DNA of 64,000 nucleotides from positions 948,359 to 1,012,358 of the forward strand of contig JAQGDQ010000012.1 of NCBI GenBank assembly GCA_030141605.1. Direction: 5' to 3'. Positions 1 to 15,400 of this stretch are shown here, piece after piece. The notes under the pieces were generated by a model that was not told where the DNA came from, ran no database searches, and worked only from the letters and a program-made list of their open reading frames with translations. Every line of letters starts with the position of its first letter. The stretch's first letter is position 1. Position numbers and translations under genes: made by a program. This DNA is from Tubiluchus corallicola (Eukaryota; Animalia; Priapulida).

Positions 1-1524
1 ACACTAGTTTGTTTGACAGTAAACGAAAGAATCTATTGTTTCTTCAAACAACAATTTTTAAACATTTTGGAAGAAAACTGTTGTAGGCCAAATACCAAAG
101 TATGAAATAGAAACAGATATAAGTTCATGTAAAATTTCTTTGATCAACTAGACTTCTTTTGTCCAAAATAGTTAATGAAAGCATTTCATTATAATTATGT
201 GCGAAAGCAACATAATGATTGTGTACAAAATAACAATCACTTTCCTCTATAAAATATAATTGTGGAGGTAGCACAAAAGGCTTGTAGAGAGCAAAATTTA
301 TGTAATATAATAGAATAAAGATTAAATTATAAGAAACGTTTTACATTTCTGCAGTCTTTATGTAGATGAAAAAAACCAAGTACATTCATTCATTCTCTCA
401 TTCAACATAAGCTTTTAGTGTATTCTCTTGAGCGTTGAACTGTATTTAATTTATATATAGTTTCTACAAGCATTTGAATCATTGTGTCATTTTCCTGGTA
501 CATGCCGTCTATTATTAGAATACATTTTCACTAACGATTTTAATCCTATATATTAAACATTTTTCCGCTTTACATACAAAACTGCCACCTACACATCGAG
601 TAGCAACAAAACAATAATATTAATGCAAATTTTATTATAAAAGTATAATGTATCTAAAAGTATAATTCTAACTAGTGCTAATTGCACAGCTGTAGGTCTC
701 ACAACCCATTAAAAACTTATAATCAAATATGATAATAAGAGCATTTAGTAAAAACAAACAACAGGTCACACTCGCAAGACTTTAACATGTTTTTGGTGTC
801 AAAAACCAAAATTTTAGCATTTTGTGCTTCAGAGTCCTTGTTCAGAATAACCGCTAAAACACTAACAAATTACGATCACGTCATAAAGAAATCTTTTTTT
901 CTCTAAAATACGATGGCAAAAGTAAAACAAAAAAAAACGTACTTTTACTGGCACTTTAAACAAAATAACATGTTTTATCTTTTCAAGTACTGTTGCATGA
1001 TGGAAAAAGAAAGTAAGACCTTTAACTAACTTTTATGTGTATTTGTGAAAGTGTCAAGTTGTATCTCACTTACACATATCTAGAGAAAACTGAAATATGT
1101 ATTGTGTTTTTCTCTAAAAATAAGTGAGTCCATTACTCTGTAAAAACAAGAGATGTCTCACAGTCTCAACGTAGAAGAATATATGATGAGACATCACTGT
1201 TGATTCAACATTTGATCAACACTGATTCCATGCCAGAAGGTTAACATTCATTCAATGTTAAAATATCCACATTGATTTAATTCACAAATCTAACTATTAA
1301 TCAAAGTTAATTTAATGAACTTTACCTGCTGGATTGAATGCCTTATTTTAACACTTTTTTTAGTAAGAATAGATCCTCATCATTGTGTATGTTATATAAA
1401 ACTGCCACCTGCCCAAAAACCCAGGAAAAAAAACACAATTTCCTTTGCACAAGCAAATTGCCATTTCATGATTGCACAAAATATTAATAATAATAAAATT
1501 TCATGCATATATATGTACTGTAGA

Positions 1525-1662
1525 TGTATAATATTTCAAAAAGCATCATTTTAACTGGTACTAATCACAGTTATCACAGGTAACACAGTTCAGCTGTATA
1601 ATATTTCCAAAAGCATAATTCTAACTGGCACTAATCACAGTTATCACAAGTAACACAGTTCA
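1525..1662. repeat. Tandem duplication, 2 x ~70 bp
   Basis: tgtataatatttc(a/c)aaaagcat...ctaatcacagttatcaca(g/a)gtaacacagttca at 1525 and 1595. Confidence 0.85.
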
Positions 1663-2230
1663 TTAAAACATTTCAGATACAATACTTGTACAAATTTTCA
1701 TGAACAATTTAGATTAGTTGAAAAAACAACAATTTTATTTTGGACTAAAAAAATGGCACTTTGATGTTTATGGAACTGCATTTGGTCCTTTTGGCACTTG
1801 GCATTGATCGGTTATTGTTACGAGTTGAGAAGTTATCACTGTTTTTTGTCTCTGCATAACATAACTTTAGAAATTGATTGACTATTGAAAGTACACCATG
1901 GATTCTTAAAAGAAATATTAAAAGAAATGATACTGGCAACTTGTTTCTAGATGTGGGGATTGTACTTTCATACTGTACTGATTCTATAACATACAAGAAA
2001 TCTGTTTCCAAAATGTTTCATATGATTAACAAAAGGAACATGAGTCACCTTAGGCAGTGATCTATGATAACTTTGTCTTTTTATATGAATTTCCAATATG
2101 CAAACAAGTCTTTTACATGCTAATACTATATAGGTCTTGTTAGCAGGACCAATATAGGATGCAGTTGTTTTAAAATCGCAAGTTTCGAAGGCATAAAGTC
2201 CCAGCATTTTCAATTATCAGCTAATGATTA

Positions 2231-3386
2231 TACAGTCAAATCTTGTTATACCGCCGAAGTTATTTATTGCCTGCAAAACGGTCAGTAACAAAATGAATGT
2301 ATTCAAATGTATATAAAAATAACCCGTTATACTGGCACATGTTACCTGCCATCAGCTAGGCAAATTAACACAGTACAATCCACTTATAACGTGGCCTGTT
2401 TTAGCTAGCCTCTGGTTACTAGGAGTAAATTTCAAAGTCCAGCCAAATCTCAGGCTTGAATAATGGATTGAAAACTTGCTTACAGCGAGCTCTGAAATTA
2501 TGAGATCTTGCTTATTACGAGGGAATTTTCTGGCACCAGATGGGCATCATTCACCAAGGACAAAAAAGGTCAATGTATCTAGTGGGGATTAATTTTGATT
2601 GATTGTTCGTAAAACAAGGTGCATCAAGTACAGCACATGCAGATGTGCCCTGCTGTAATTGTAACTTAACTTGCATGAAGCATGCAATGATTCAGACACA
2701 ATAGCTTGAAAGACGCAGCTAAAACCTTTACAAAACTTTTTTAAATAAGTACTATGATTTTAAATTAACACATAGGCTACATCCAAATTGTAGGCTTAGT
2801 TCTTAGCCAACATAGGTCCTGCTGAAATTCTCGTAATCATAAAGCATTGCCCATGCACAGCTAATTAAATAAAAATGAAACCGTTCATATCCATGGCATT
2901 ATTCCACGCTAAGTTTAAACTGATAAAGCTGCATTTTCCCCTCACACAGGCATCCATGGTCGTGGCCAGGCAGTTAAATGTTTATACATGTAGTGTAACA
3001 CCCATGTACATAAAACACACACAGCTATCAGCAGACGACACAATGAATCGATGAATCATCGTAACTAACGCAAGTAACTTGCACGGCAATTTTATTCAAG
3101 GATTTATTGCATAAAATACTGACGTAAACCTAGAAGTAACAGAGTTGGAACACTATAAGTTTACTCTTTTGTAATAAATTGTTGTTCAACAATGATACTC
3201 ATTAAGAAACTTGTGCCAGTTTCGAAAGAAAGTGTTCTTTTCAACTATTACATCATATCCACCTCAGGGGCTTCATTCGATCTTGTACAGCCACTTTAAC
3301 AATTGACCTTGGCTATAACGAGACTCGGTCATAACAAGCAAATTTTCATGGTCTATTGAAACTTGTTATTAGCGGATTATACTGTA
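2231..3386. mobile_element. Degenerate Tc1/mariner-pogo-type MITE
   Basis: Left end TA-cagtcaaatcttgttata and right end cttgttattagcggattatactg-TA form an imperfect CAGT-type TIR with TA flanks; internal TIR-like copy cagtacaatccacttataac at ~2371. Confidence 0.5.
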
Positions 3387-4310
3387 TTAGCGTGTTCAAT
3401 GGGGAAATCCTGCCAGCCATCTGAACTACCAGCAGCTTCTTGATATGATGCCAACTGTAGGCGGCTGCTATATGCTCAGCTGAGTCGCTACATCAGGTGT
3501 CGTGTAAAATAATGCAGGTTATTGGCATGTTTTGATTATTTGCAAGCTGTACTGTACATTGTACAATCACAATTTATAGCTATGATATTACTGTCAATGT
3601 GCCACGCAGCCATAATGGCAACAAAACACGTTCTTTTTTACCACAAGAAATGCGATATTTACTTGTTTTCTAAGAATCATCCAAACATCCCAGCAAGAAA
3701 TTTGTAGTTATGACTTAACATTTTTTTACATATAAAGTAATGTTTAGTGGAGCAGTAGGCCTACCGATGATATAGGTGAGTACAAGACACGTTTATGTAA
3801 ACACAATGTTCTTGATAAAGATGAATGATTTTGAGTGAGTCAATAAATCACAAATGATTAATTTAATAATTTTCTTTTAATTTGTCATCCTTTAGAGTGA
3901 TAATTGTGGACTCTAACCTGTGTACACTTGTCTGACGGTTTTGTGATTCGTCTATGGCAAAATTTAATACACATCATTATAATGTGAACTTCTTTCTTGT
4001 CCCAAAGTGAGCGGTATAAAGAGGTGTAACTGTAGTCATTGTATGTCCCTGGGAGCCTAGCCTGTAAGAAAGCTTCCTTAAGCAGTGTTCTTATTAGAGG
4101 TTCTATTTCATAAGGTGTTTCTGCTAAACTCTTGCTCAAGTTTCAGGATGCAAAATTTCACTGCATTTCAAATGCTTTGTGTAACAAAAGTAAATCAACA
4201 CACCAGGCAGATGATTATGCAGGTACGTGCAAGTTACTACAGACATAAAATTACAAAAGTTAAAACAAACTTTATCTCGCTGATCTTGCTTGCGTATTTT
4301 ATCAGCACTA

Positions 4311-7300
4311 TCATTTATAAAACATCTGAAGGTTTCCACAAGCTATTCGAATTTTTTCAGCAGTTGCAGGCGGAAAAAAGTCAAAGTCATCATGACAACC
4401 AGCATCGCTTCTTGCAGACATGACAGCATCTCGAATAGCAAAGAACACAGATGCACCCAGCAACAATGGAGGTTCTCCTATGCCCTGTAAAATAAAAAAA
4501 TGGCTGTATTCACCTTTTACAGACATTTCCTGAAAAAACTCGTCATCAGATAAAAAAATTTACTATAAAATAGTGAGCAAACCTTAGAGGAGTAGACAGC
4601 TTTAGGGTTGCTGCTGTTGCGTAATAAAGCAATGTTGAATTCAGTGGGAATATCATTGAAGCCAGGAATTTTGTAAGTTCCAGGATTTCTGTTGATCAGT
4701 AATCCGTCCTTTGTATATTTTACCTCCTCAAGAGTTACATAGCCATATCCCTAAACGAACGAAATAAATACATGAAAGAGCCAGACTCTAGGAAGTAACA
4801 CGTTGTTTATTAACACAGACAATCATGTCAACAGCAACTGTCATTTTCAATGCTATAAATCAAGCCAAAACAAATAATTAGTACAATTATGACACTTCTT
4901 GGTTAGTAGTGTCATTAGCATCAATTCATTATGAATTTATTAATAGTCTATTCATTCCATCATTAAATGGCAATTTAAAAACTAAGATTGCAAATAATTA
5001 AAAAAATAAACCTATTATATGATAAGCTTCTGTTTTTTTGCTAAATACTTCCAGGCAGTTTCATTGATGCATGGCACTTACTATTGCCCAAGTAAAAAAC
5101 AGACTTGAGGACACCTATTAAGACAATTAGGCAACTGCACAATTTCCAGTTTTCTTAATTACTTTGGATAAATTTCATTTGGGTATAAAAATAAATACTG
5201 AAACACAAGATACTTTAAGAGGTTAGAAAAAATGTTGTCTGGCAGCAATAAAGTTAGGTTCTTACAAAGACACACAATCACATCGATCGATCCAAGCGAT
5301 CACAAGGATGTGCTTTACAATCAAAATTAAGCAATGCTGAGACTGAGCAGTGAGCGGATTACCATTATAATTACTTAATAATTTATTCAAGACACACCTG
5401 TAGAAATCCTCCTTCAATCTGCCCAATGTCAATTGCTGGATTCAAACTTTGACCAACATCCATCACAATATCAGTCCTGAGAAGGATGTGGTCACCAGTC
5501 AGTACATCAATCTCTACTTCACTGCAAGCTGCACCGTATGTCAGGTAAAGGTTACCATAACCCTTCTTAGTCTTCCAATCATATTCGCTACATTCAGGTG
5601 CATAAAACCCGGTAGCAGAAAGATTAATTCTATCAAGATATGCAGCTTTTACCTAAAATTACAGCGGCATTCAATTACAATATAGTGTTAACTTTTCATG
5701 CCAAAAGTTTTTTTGCTGCATTAAGACATTTTTATTACTCATTGTGAATTGCGCTTATCATACGTATCTCTCTTCACGAATTCCTAAATGTTTCTAATTT
5801 GTTTGGAAAAATGATTTCCTAATTTCCAAATACAGAACACCCCTTTGCAAATCTACTTCGTCCTCGCAAATCTCTGATTTGTGAAATTCTTTATCAGAAA
5901 ATTATTTCTGCTTAGGTGTTCAACAAATGTTTTATACCACCACACTTTTTGCTTGCCTTAATATTGGCTGCTTTTGCTAAAGTATTTATAGATCATTTTC
6001 TTAAAGACAAATGAAGTGGTTCTAAAATTAAACTAAGATGCAGTGGGTTTTGAATGTAGCTAATAATAACAATGGTTTTTAGCAGTTTGGGTATATCTAT
6101 GTTAATATGGGCATCAGCAGTAAATCATGTAACACAGATGTTTGCGAGCAAACATTTACATAGAAATGCCAAATTTCAATTGAGTGAGTTGTGGCATACA
6201 CATCTATTATGCAGTTCCAATGAAAAATTGAAATTTATAATTAATGCCCATAGGAGACAACTTATATTTTACTGTTGGCAAATAGATGCCCTAAGAAATG
6301 CAATGTCGCTATTAATATTGTTATATAACGCATAATTATAAAAATTTAATAATCATAATTGATTATTTTTACTATATTGTGACAGCTGACGATGTCACCA
6401 ATAACGCAAAAAATTCAATGACAGATACAGAGTAGACATTTTAAAGGTTTTTGACTGTTTTTGATTTCTGATCTATTTTGCTTATAAACTGCTCATGCCT
6501 TAAAGCTTACACTGCTCAATTCTTACCCATTGTTCCCAAGTATCATCAGGTTTAGCTGTCTTGTAGGGTTCCAGCCTATCATTTATAGTCTGGCAAGCCT
6601 TCACTATAGCACCTCCCCATAAATCTGAACTACAAGAAGCTGAACTTGTCACAGTGTTTGGAATCTTGTCAGAACTGTTAATGCCGATCTGTATCCTACT
6701 AACTGGAACTTGCAGCACCCGACTAGCAACCTTTAATGAAAGTACATATCTACATCAAAAAAGAAATAGGAATGTGGAATAAAATTAATATTTATAAAAC
6801 ACATTGAATGAGTCAGGGATGGTTAGCAAAGATGAAATACACAGTCAGAATAATTAAGTCTAGGAAAGGCTGTAGCTAACCAATAAGAATAATTTATAAA
6901 CTACTTCTATTAATTCATATAATAATTACTATATAATATAATAATTAATAATTTTCAAGTTGACAAGAACAGCTGCACAAAAATACCTGTAACATTTTCA
7001 CATGTAATCCTTGTCCCATCTCAATGCCTCCATATGTTAACAAAACCGACCCATCAGTGTAAATGTGAACTACAGCCATTGCTTGATTGAGAAATTTTAC
7101 GGCATATGGGATGCCAAATCGAATCGGCAGCAAATGCAGAGCTCGTTTCTGCCATCGGTGATCCCTGTAATACATGATCCCTAGAGTGATCAATACGTTT
7201 ATCCTACCAGCCTCTGTAACCTTACCTTTGACATGTTTTATGCACCGAGAAGACACAATAAGATTGAACGTTCCTCACTAAACATCTGCAAACATGTTTT

Positions 7301-10300
7301 CTTAAAATAATTTAATTGTATTGACTAAACATGGTACCCATCATTAGAGAGTTTATCATAATAGATAAATGCAAGATATGAAATCTCTTAAAACTTATTA
7401 ATTTTACGAAAAATGAACAGCATCTGGTCACCCACCTGTTAAATTTCAAAGCCTGTTCATATCTGGTAGAAAACTGACTCAGTTCAATACACTCATCAAC
7501 ACACTGCTGACAGTTATTATCTTGAATGGGAAAATTGTTCCAGCATATGTCTCCAGCATGAAACAAATTCATTTGCCGTACCTGTAGCAGCAATACATCA
7601 ACCCACAAATTAGAATCTGCTCTGCCTGTATATAGTATAACTACACGTAAAAGGTGAAAACAGATTAAATAATATTATCCTAACCATTAATAAGCTCAAA
7701 TGATAATTATAAGGAGACAAAAAAGAGTACTTCTTGATCAAAATTACATATCAAAACTCTAAAGTGAAAATGTTCAGTTTTATAAACAAATCTATTTGTC
7801 GTTTGTGTTACTAATGCTTTGCAGTTAATTTACACTAAATACATCTACAACTAGACAGCAGAATAGAGATCTCTGCCAAGGCCAAACAATCTAAATTATC
7901 ATAAAAAGAGAATGGCCACGATTGACAGTGAGCAGCTACAAAAAATGTCCACTTCTCTCATTACAGAAGAGCTGATTCAATCAAACAAACTGCAATGCAA
8001 GTATAATCTCATTGGTCCTTGTCCCACGATCCCCTCTACAAAGTTTCATGCAAATTTGTTAAGCAGTTTTTGAGTAATCCTGCTAGCAAACTAACAAACA
8101 AATAATTGGTGATGAAAACATAACCTTCCTGGCAGGTATAAGAACTTTTGAAAATGCAGCTTTCATACATGGACATGCCCTAGTAATGGTAAATCTAGCA
8201 AAATGTTCTGAGCACATACTAAAAACTTATGAAAGGCTAACATACAACTTTTGCACTATTAATCAAAGATTGTAATATTTATAGCCAAAACAGCTAAACC
8301 AGGTCACTTTTACTTTGTAGTGTGGGACTTCTGCTGATCTACGTGGTCTCTTAGTTTCTGCTGATTAGCTTCGCATGTTGAGCATGCTTACTAGACTTTG
8401 ATGCTCAGAATTACAAAAATGCTCCACAATTGTCGGTAAAATTGTCTACAAGTCAGCAGTTCATCCATACATGGACTTTTGCTACCATATCTGAACGGAA
8501 GTTACTGTTGAGCCCTTAAATTTACTTTTTATTTTGTTCTTCAGCCCTGAATTATAAGGTTGTCGACTTGACTCAGGCAACTCGGACTTGTACCTACTAA
8601 GATCTTTCAACTTACCATCTAATTCACAAAACAGCCTAAAAAATAATGATAATCAGTTGTACTTTTGCTAGTGTACCTACTTCTGTAGTTGTTTGCAGTT
8701 CTGACCAGTTGACAGTTGTAATTTAATTAGCCCAGCATCACATGCATTATCAATAACTGTGCTTTTGGCCCAAATGCTATGTAGAACTAGCACTCCTGAA
8801 TACTTGTCAATTGTCTGTTTGTTTCAAGTTTTCAAATACAGTTACAATATTAAAACTTATTTTTGAGGAGATAATAATTATTTTTGTTTCAAGGACTCCA
8901 AGGTTTTGTTCAATCAACAACTTACCAACAACCTGCCTAGAATGCACAACAAACTTATTTCAGAAGCAGGAGCCAACGTAAGTAATAAAACAACAGCATA
9001 ACACAGTTCGTCATATTTGTTAAAGCAAGGTAAATTCACTTACATGCAAAGCAGAAATGTCGAGTTTTTCTGCCACTTTAGTTATGCAGTTCTCAATAAA
9101 CAGATGTGCCTGAGGGATACCAAATCCCCGAAAGGCAGTTGCATTTGCGATATTAGTCACGCAGATGGCACTGTCAAATCGCACATTAGGAACAGTGTAG
9201 CAACCCAGTGAGTGAAACAACAGCTCTCCTAATATCTGAAAAACATCACAGGACCATTATACAATTACCCTACTTCGACATTACTTATGAAAATATAATA
9301 AACCTATTTCGTATTTCGCATCAAACACGTATGTGCACTAATACGATAGGCACATTATATTTCACTATGATTTACTATTACTCTTTAAAATGAAACCTTA
9401 TTTTCAAGAAAAAAATCAAACAGTACCCAACAACTATTGCCTGACAGTATTTAACAATTTTAGTAACAATTTCATCTCAAACAAGATGCTGCATTTCATT
9501 TAAGAAGTTAGAAATGTCTTCGAACTCTGTAATATTTTCAAAATAATAGTTACTTTTTTAAATCAGCAGACATAGCGCTGCAAAAACAACTTTCTATAGC
9601 TAGGATCTCAATAAAGTACTCATAAGTATTCATAATCACTGATAGCTTTTCAAAAGTATATGTAACTTTGTGTTTCTAATTAGGGAAACTTTAAAAAGCT
9701 AATAGAAGTCTACCTACAACAGCTGCATAGTACCCAGAAAGTTTAGACACATTCAGGAATTTTAAAAAGAAAAAATAATAGAATAAAAAATGCTTTGCCT
9801 TTGCATTGCATGCTTTTACAAATTCATAACTGCAGGAAAATCGCCTATGTAAACTATTGCCAGAGAAGTACAAAAACAATGAACAATAATACAGAACATA
9901 GTTACATATAAAAACATGTTTGAAAAACAGAGGATAATACACAGTGGCATAGCTAAGGTGGTGCTGGCTGCACCGGGCAGCATTTTGGTCTTTCTGTCAG
10001 AACAGTAGAAACACAAAGGTATAATATAATTTAACTGATCACACGAAAACCAGTGCTTAAAGCACTCATTGCTGAAAGTTTCCCGAAAAAAATGATAACA
10101 TATCATTGGTAATTAATACTTTAATAGCTTTGAGATGTTTACAGTGTCTTTCATTCTCTGCTTTTAGGGTTACTGCCCAGTACACGTTTTGTGTTAACTG
10201 ACGCTCTGCAAAACACATTCATATAATCTTTGCTCTATTAAGTTAACAACATTAACATAGTTTCACAGTACTGTTTAGCTCCATAAAATTTTTACATTTT

Positions 10301-12370
10301 CCCATGATAAATTTTTACATGATCTATTTCAATTTTTATTTAATGTGTTTCAGTATTAACATATCACGCGTGTACTGTTGAAAGTTATGAAATGGAGTAG
10401 TTTTAAAATAACGTTTATTGCCATGCAGTTTGATTTTATTCCATCATTAGTTTACTAAACTTCTTCAAAATAAAAAGAAATGTGCATGCGCTGGCATATG
10501 TTTGATGAGCATTATTATAAATAAGATTTTTCATTTTTTTTACATTGCCAGTGTCTTGGATCTCTTTAGGCACTACTGCCACAGAGATAGCCAAGCTGAT
10601 AAGCTTAAAGTGTGTGGACTATTTAGGCGTCCCTTGCCATCGTTTCAGTTTATATCTATGTCTTTTAAATTGCAAAACCGAAAATTAAACAAGAAGTCGA
10701 AAATTGTCTGGCGAATTAAATTCTCCACTCTGTACTATCCATAAAATAGTTATTAAAATGTTAAGTTTTACTTCATTGCTACAGATGGTAGTCAAAATTC
10801 AAGTAAAAGGTAGACAAACTTTTTACGTTAGTACTTATTTAAATGATCAATGTACTCGTAAATTAGTTTCAGTTGGGTGGGGGGTGTCTGCAAACTCAAG
10901 TGCTACCCTAGGCGCCTCAAGCTCTAGCTATGCCTCTGATAACATACGCGCTTAACATTTAGTGTGCAAGTTCGGAGTCTTTCATGCAGCCCTACAGTGA
11001 TGAAGGCTATGACTGAAAAATATTAGAGTCAAACACAGATGGGTCAATGTCAAATTTCAGTGTAGGTCATACAAGTGACTTCAAGCAAATGCATTAAACA
11101 ATGTGTGAGCAAAAGATATTTTATAGCGTTATGCTTTTAGTATTCTGCATTACCTTTCATATCATATCTCACACATAGCTCATATCTCACACTCATGTAT
11201 TGCCCACTATATCAAAACAGCTTATAGATCAAAAATAATGCTTAACCCTCGGCCACACACCTCAAGCCTCTTTATTTAATTATCATGCAGTCGTCAATAC
11301 CCGTCCTTTTCTATGATTAAATGGTTTTTAGTCTACTATAAGCAGATGTAATTTGACTCATTGTGCATCACTTACTTTGATTATAACAACCCAGTGGGGT
11401 GTGTTTTCATCTCAGCACTAACACTGCTGTCATGCTGAGTTTCTCCATTATTTCATATAGGAAAAATGAGAAAATCAACAAATGTTAAATATTTTTAGTG
11501 CATGTCAGCTGACTTTAAAATTCACCATTGTTATGTAAAAAATAGCCTACATTACGCCTTGGAGACTTAATTAAGTAAAGTATCATAATTCACCAGATAA
11601 AAACTAGCCTTCTGATGACTTTCTTCTTATAGTTTTTCACGTGTAAACTTAATACAGCTTACACCAATACAGCAAAAAAAGTAGGCAAAGACAGGACATA
11701 GGTTTAATCGTCGACGGAAGTGGTACAGTAATGTTTCATCTGCATTTATGCAAGGCAACAATTACATTCTATTGCGGGTATCTACTGACCATGAAATACT
11801 GCTGGTGGCCGAAGGTTAATAAAATAACTTAAATGAAATAAAAATGCCCGCTATAGTGCTTAGTTTAATGAAACCAACCACTCTGGAAAGCACAGATACA
11901 TATCCACCATTTAGATACACGAAGAAATCCAGTGCATGAATTTTACCAGTGTCGTCAAAGCCAATCTATAAAAAAGAACAGAGAACTCAGACAAAATCTA
12001 AAAGTCGTATTCATTTGAGATAAGTTGAGTTGATAGGTTAGCGTTATAGTTGGTATACATTAGCAACTGCAATTTAGTTTCTGTTACTGTCTACTGGATG
12101 AACCCATGATGGAAAAATTCGCTTATTACTTTTAACCTGGCTATCTACTAAACACATAGCACCAAATGCCTACATTTGGCAATGACAAAAATTTTACCCT
12201 AATTTTCCTTGCATTTCACTCCTAATAATTTCTCATAACACTGACCACGTGAACCATAGTCAAATTCACCTTGTACTTAAATAGTGCTTCATGACGTCCT
12301 CCCGTTATCAGAAAATCCTCAGCTCTGTTGAACACACACCTGACTGGGTGACCAAGTCTTAAACAAAACA

Positions 12371-12410
<40 letters not shown>

Positions 12411-15400
12411 ATTGATATTACAATAAATCGGTCACACTAATGTTTGGTTAGTTATAGTGATGCGAAAATTATAACATTAAATATAAAAAAAATCATGTTT
12501 TTAATTTTGATACTTCAGAAGTATCAATCACATCACAGTACTTTAGAAAAATGAAATACTATGTACTTTAATTACTTCAAAGTAAAACCACTTCCAGTAA
12601 AAGCTTTAGCAGCTAACTGAAGAGAAGCTGCTTCAAAGACCCAATAAACACTGTACGAACAACATATACAGCCATGTACTGTTATGATGGAATTAGAAAA
12701 CTAAAAAAATAAACGTTCATGCAAGCATATTATATTTGTGCAAGCTTTTACTGCCAGCTGTAAAAGTTTCAAGCATGTGCATGACTATACAGTATACAAT
12801 TAATATCATATAAATAGTTTAAACAATGATACCGATGTAATGACAATACTGTAGGCGCCGCTTAATAGACTCACTTTGAGACCGATGTGTTTTGACCCAA
12901 TTAATCGACTGAACCTATTAACCGATGGGTGTGGTATTACAGGTTGAGTAGTCAGCTTACAATGCACTGCAAAGGTTTATAATGAATTTTAGAAGTGAAG
13001 TAATGCCTAAATTCCTTTGTGCAGTTAAAAATTAGAAAACATATTTTAAAATATTAATTTATATAAGTGAATAAGCAATAAATTAAAAACTATACTTTTC
13101 TAAATCACAGACTTTTCTAAGTCTGTTTATTTACAAAAATTACTTCAAAGTCAGCTGCTTCATTTTCTCGCGAAGAAGTTGGCCCACAAAGCTCTCGTAA
13201 TTATAAAAACGTTGAAAATCTGTTGTTATGCGTGACTAAAACATTTCTGAATCGTCTGCTCACTTACATTGATCTTATTTGCTGTACGATATTTACTCTT
13301 GTAAGTCACAAGGAATACCAGCTGATTACTGTACCTGCATCTTTGCCTGCTAACTCATTAAGCCTGAAAGCATGATTTGCAATGAGAGTATCAAAAGGAA
13401 GCCGCCAGGCAAGTGATTAAATATTTAGTTTCCAGAAATTCTTTGTGTAACAGTGGGCGAGAGGGTAACAGATTCAAAACAAAAATTCAAAGCACACAGA
13501 TTCAAAGCAAAGCATGATAAACGTACCTGCTTACAAACAAAACGGTACTTAACATGATTGTTTCTGCATACATAGTGCACAAAAGGGAAGTAAAGATGAC
13601 ATAAAAGTAGAAAAGGCTCTTTGGGCACATACAAATATCTTATTTTAAGTAGGTGCAGGAAAAATATTGAGTCAATTATGAGGAGTTATTTGAGAAAATT
13701 ACCAATAGTTTTTATGTATATTTGAATAGAAGCGGCCCGTTTCAGGCGTTTTTGAGTCAATTAAGAGATTGAGTCTATTAAGCGGCGCCTACTGTATTAA
13801 ACAGCTTACTTGAAAGCAGCTACGGCACAAGGACCCGCAGCCAAAATCGAATCAGTCTCTTTACCTCCAAATGCACCACCTATAAAAAAACAGGAAAACT
13901 TGCCACAAGCTCACATTTTAGCCAACTGCAGTTAACTGTTAAATTTAATATTTTTACAAGCTGCTTTAATTCAAATAATAAATTCAACTATCTGTAGTTA
14001 AAAAAAAATTGGTGCTGATTTATGAATTTAATGGCTTCGTTTGCAAGATAAGAGGTTTGAAGCAAAATTTGCAAGAAAACAATACTGTTTTGACCAGGAA
14101 ACATCAAAAGGAGATAAAGACAGAGAGGGGGGAAAGCAAAAGTAACAGGAACCACTTTTCAATACTAGGTCAGACTAAAATTAAAAAAAAACTATTGCCC
14201 AAAAGTTTCAGCTCACATATGTCCATAAGACACTAAATAATATCGTATCACTACTCTTGCCTTTTACAAGCAAGAATTCCATAAATTTATGGAATAGAGA
14301 AACTGCTGAATGAATGAATAACCAATAGTAAACGTGCTCCACTTTTCAAATGATAATGAATGCATTAAAGGTAGGCTATAGTATTACTACTACAGTGGCC
14401 GCCGCTTATTGTGGACACCTCGGGCCAGCAGTGTATGTCCATATTAAGCGGCTGTCCATATTAAGCGAAGTGACCCATGAAGACCCTTCCCCTTCATTAA
14501 AAAAGGCAAAAAACTGTCTGTATCAACTCGTCTCCTGTTTTATTGAAAAAAAGAAGTCAGACGAGTTTGTTTGGCAGGAAACTTTTCTCTCAACCTTGAA
14601 CGGAAGGAAGTTATCACAGTTTCGAAGCTCTCAAGGCCACGGCAAACGGCGAACTGACTGATGCAATGACTCACACAGGCAGCAGAGCGGGAAGCTCTTT
14701 TCAATCACGCGCGCAGGCCGTGGTTGGCACGGCTGGTTCACGTGCCAAGAATGTTCGCTGTCCATATTAAGCGGCGGTTGTCCATATTAACCGGCGGATT
14801 TTATTAGGGGAAAATTCCATCCCTCGCGAGTTGTCCACAATAACCGGCTGTCCACAATAACCGTGTCCATAATAAGCGGCGGCCACTGTACTAACAAAAT
14901 GAAAGGAAATAAGAATGACAGGAAAATGTAATTATTGTCTTACCAAGTCTTTTTGTACGTGTGACAATTCTGTTTGCTGAAATTCCCAGAATGTTTGCAA
15001 TACTCATCTAAAATGGAGTTAAAAAAGGCTGAATTTACTATTTGAATAAAAAATTAAAAACTTCAATAACAAAGAAAGCGCTTTGAAATAAACTGTACAT
15101 GTAACAATTAGACGACACAACTGAATTTTGATGTCTTAAATCCAGTTTAAAAGCCTTATAAATTTGCCTAAAATTACACCACAGTTCAGAATGGTCACAA
15201 CATAACAGCTTTATTAATCAGCACTCACAAAAGAAACATTTTGCTTTTTTTGAAATATCAATCAGTCCCATTGAATTGAGTGAGTTCTTGATTTCGTTCA
15301 TTTATACACTTCAACAGTATAAAAGATTATTATGTAAGAGCTGTGTAGACAGAAAATTAACAGTTCCTGGTTCATCATCAAATTAATAGTTCCAGTATTT

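Noticed and set aside
3885-4139. 84-aa ORF downstream of paralog 1
   Set aside because: Non-ATG start, no recognisable homology or splice support; probably 3'UTR.
14350-14661. Duplicated plus-strand ORF (also 63332-63598) as a small gene
   Set aside because: It lies within the MITE and is repeated only because the MITE is; no protein motif.
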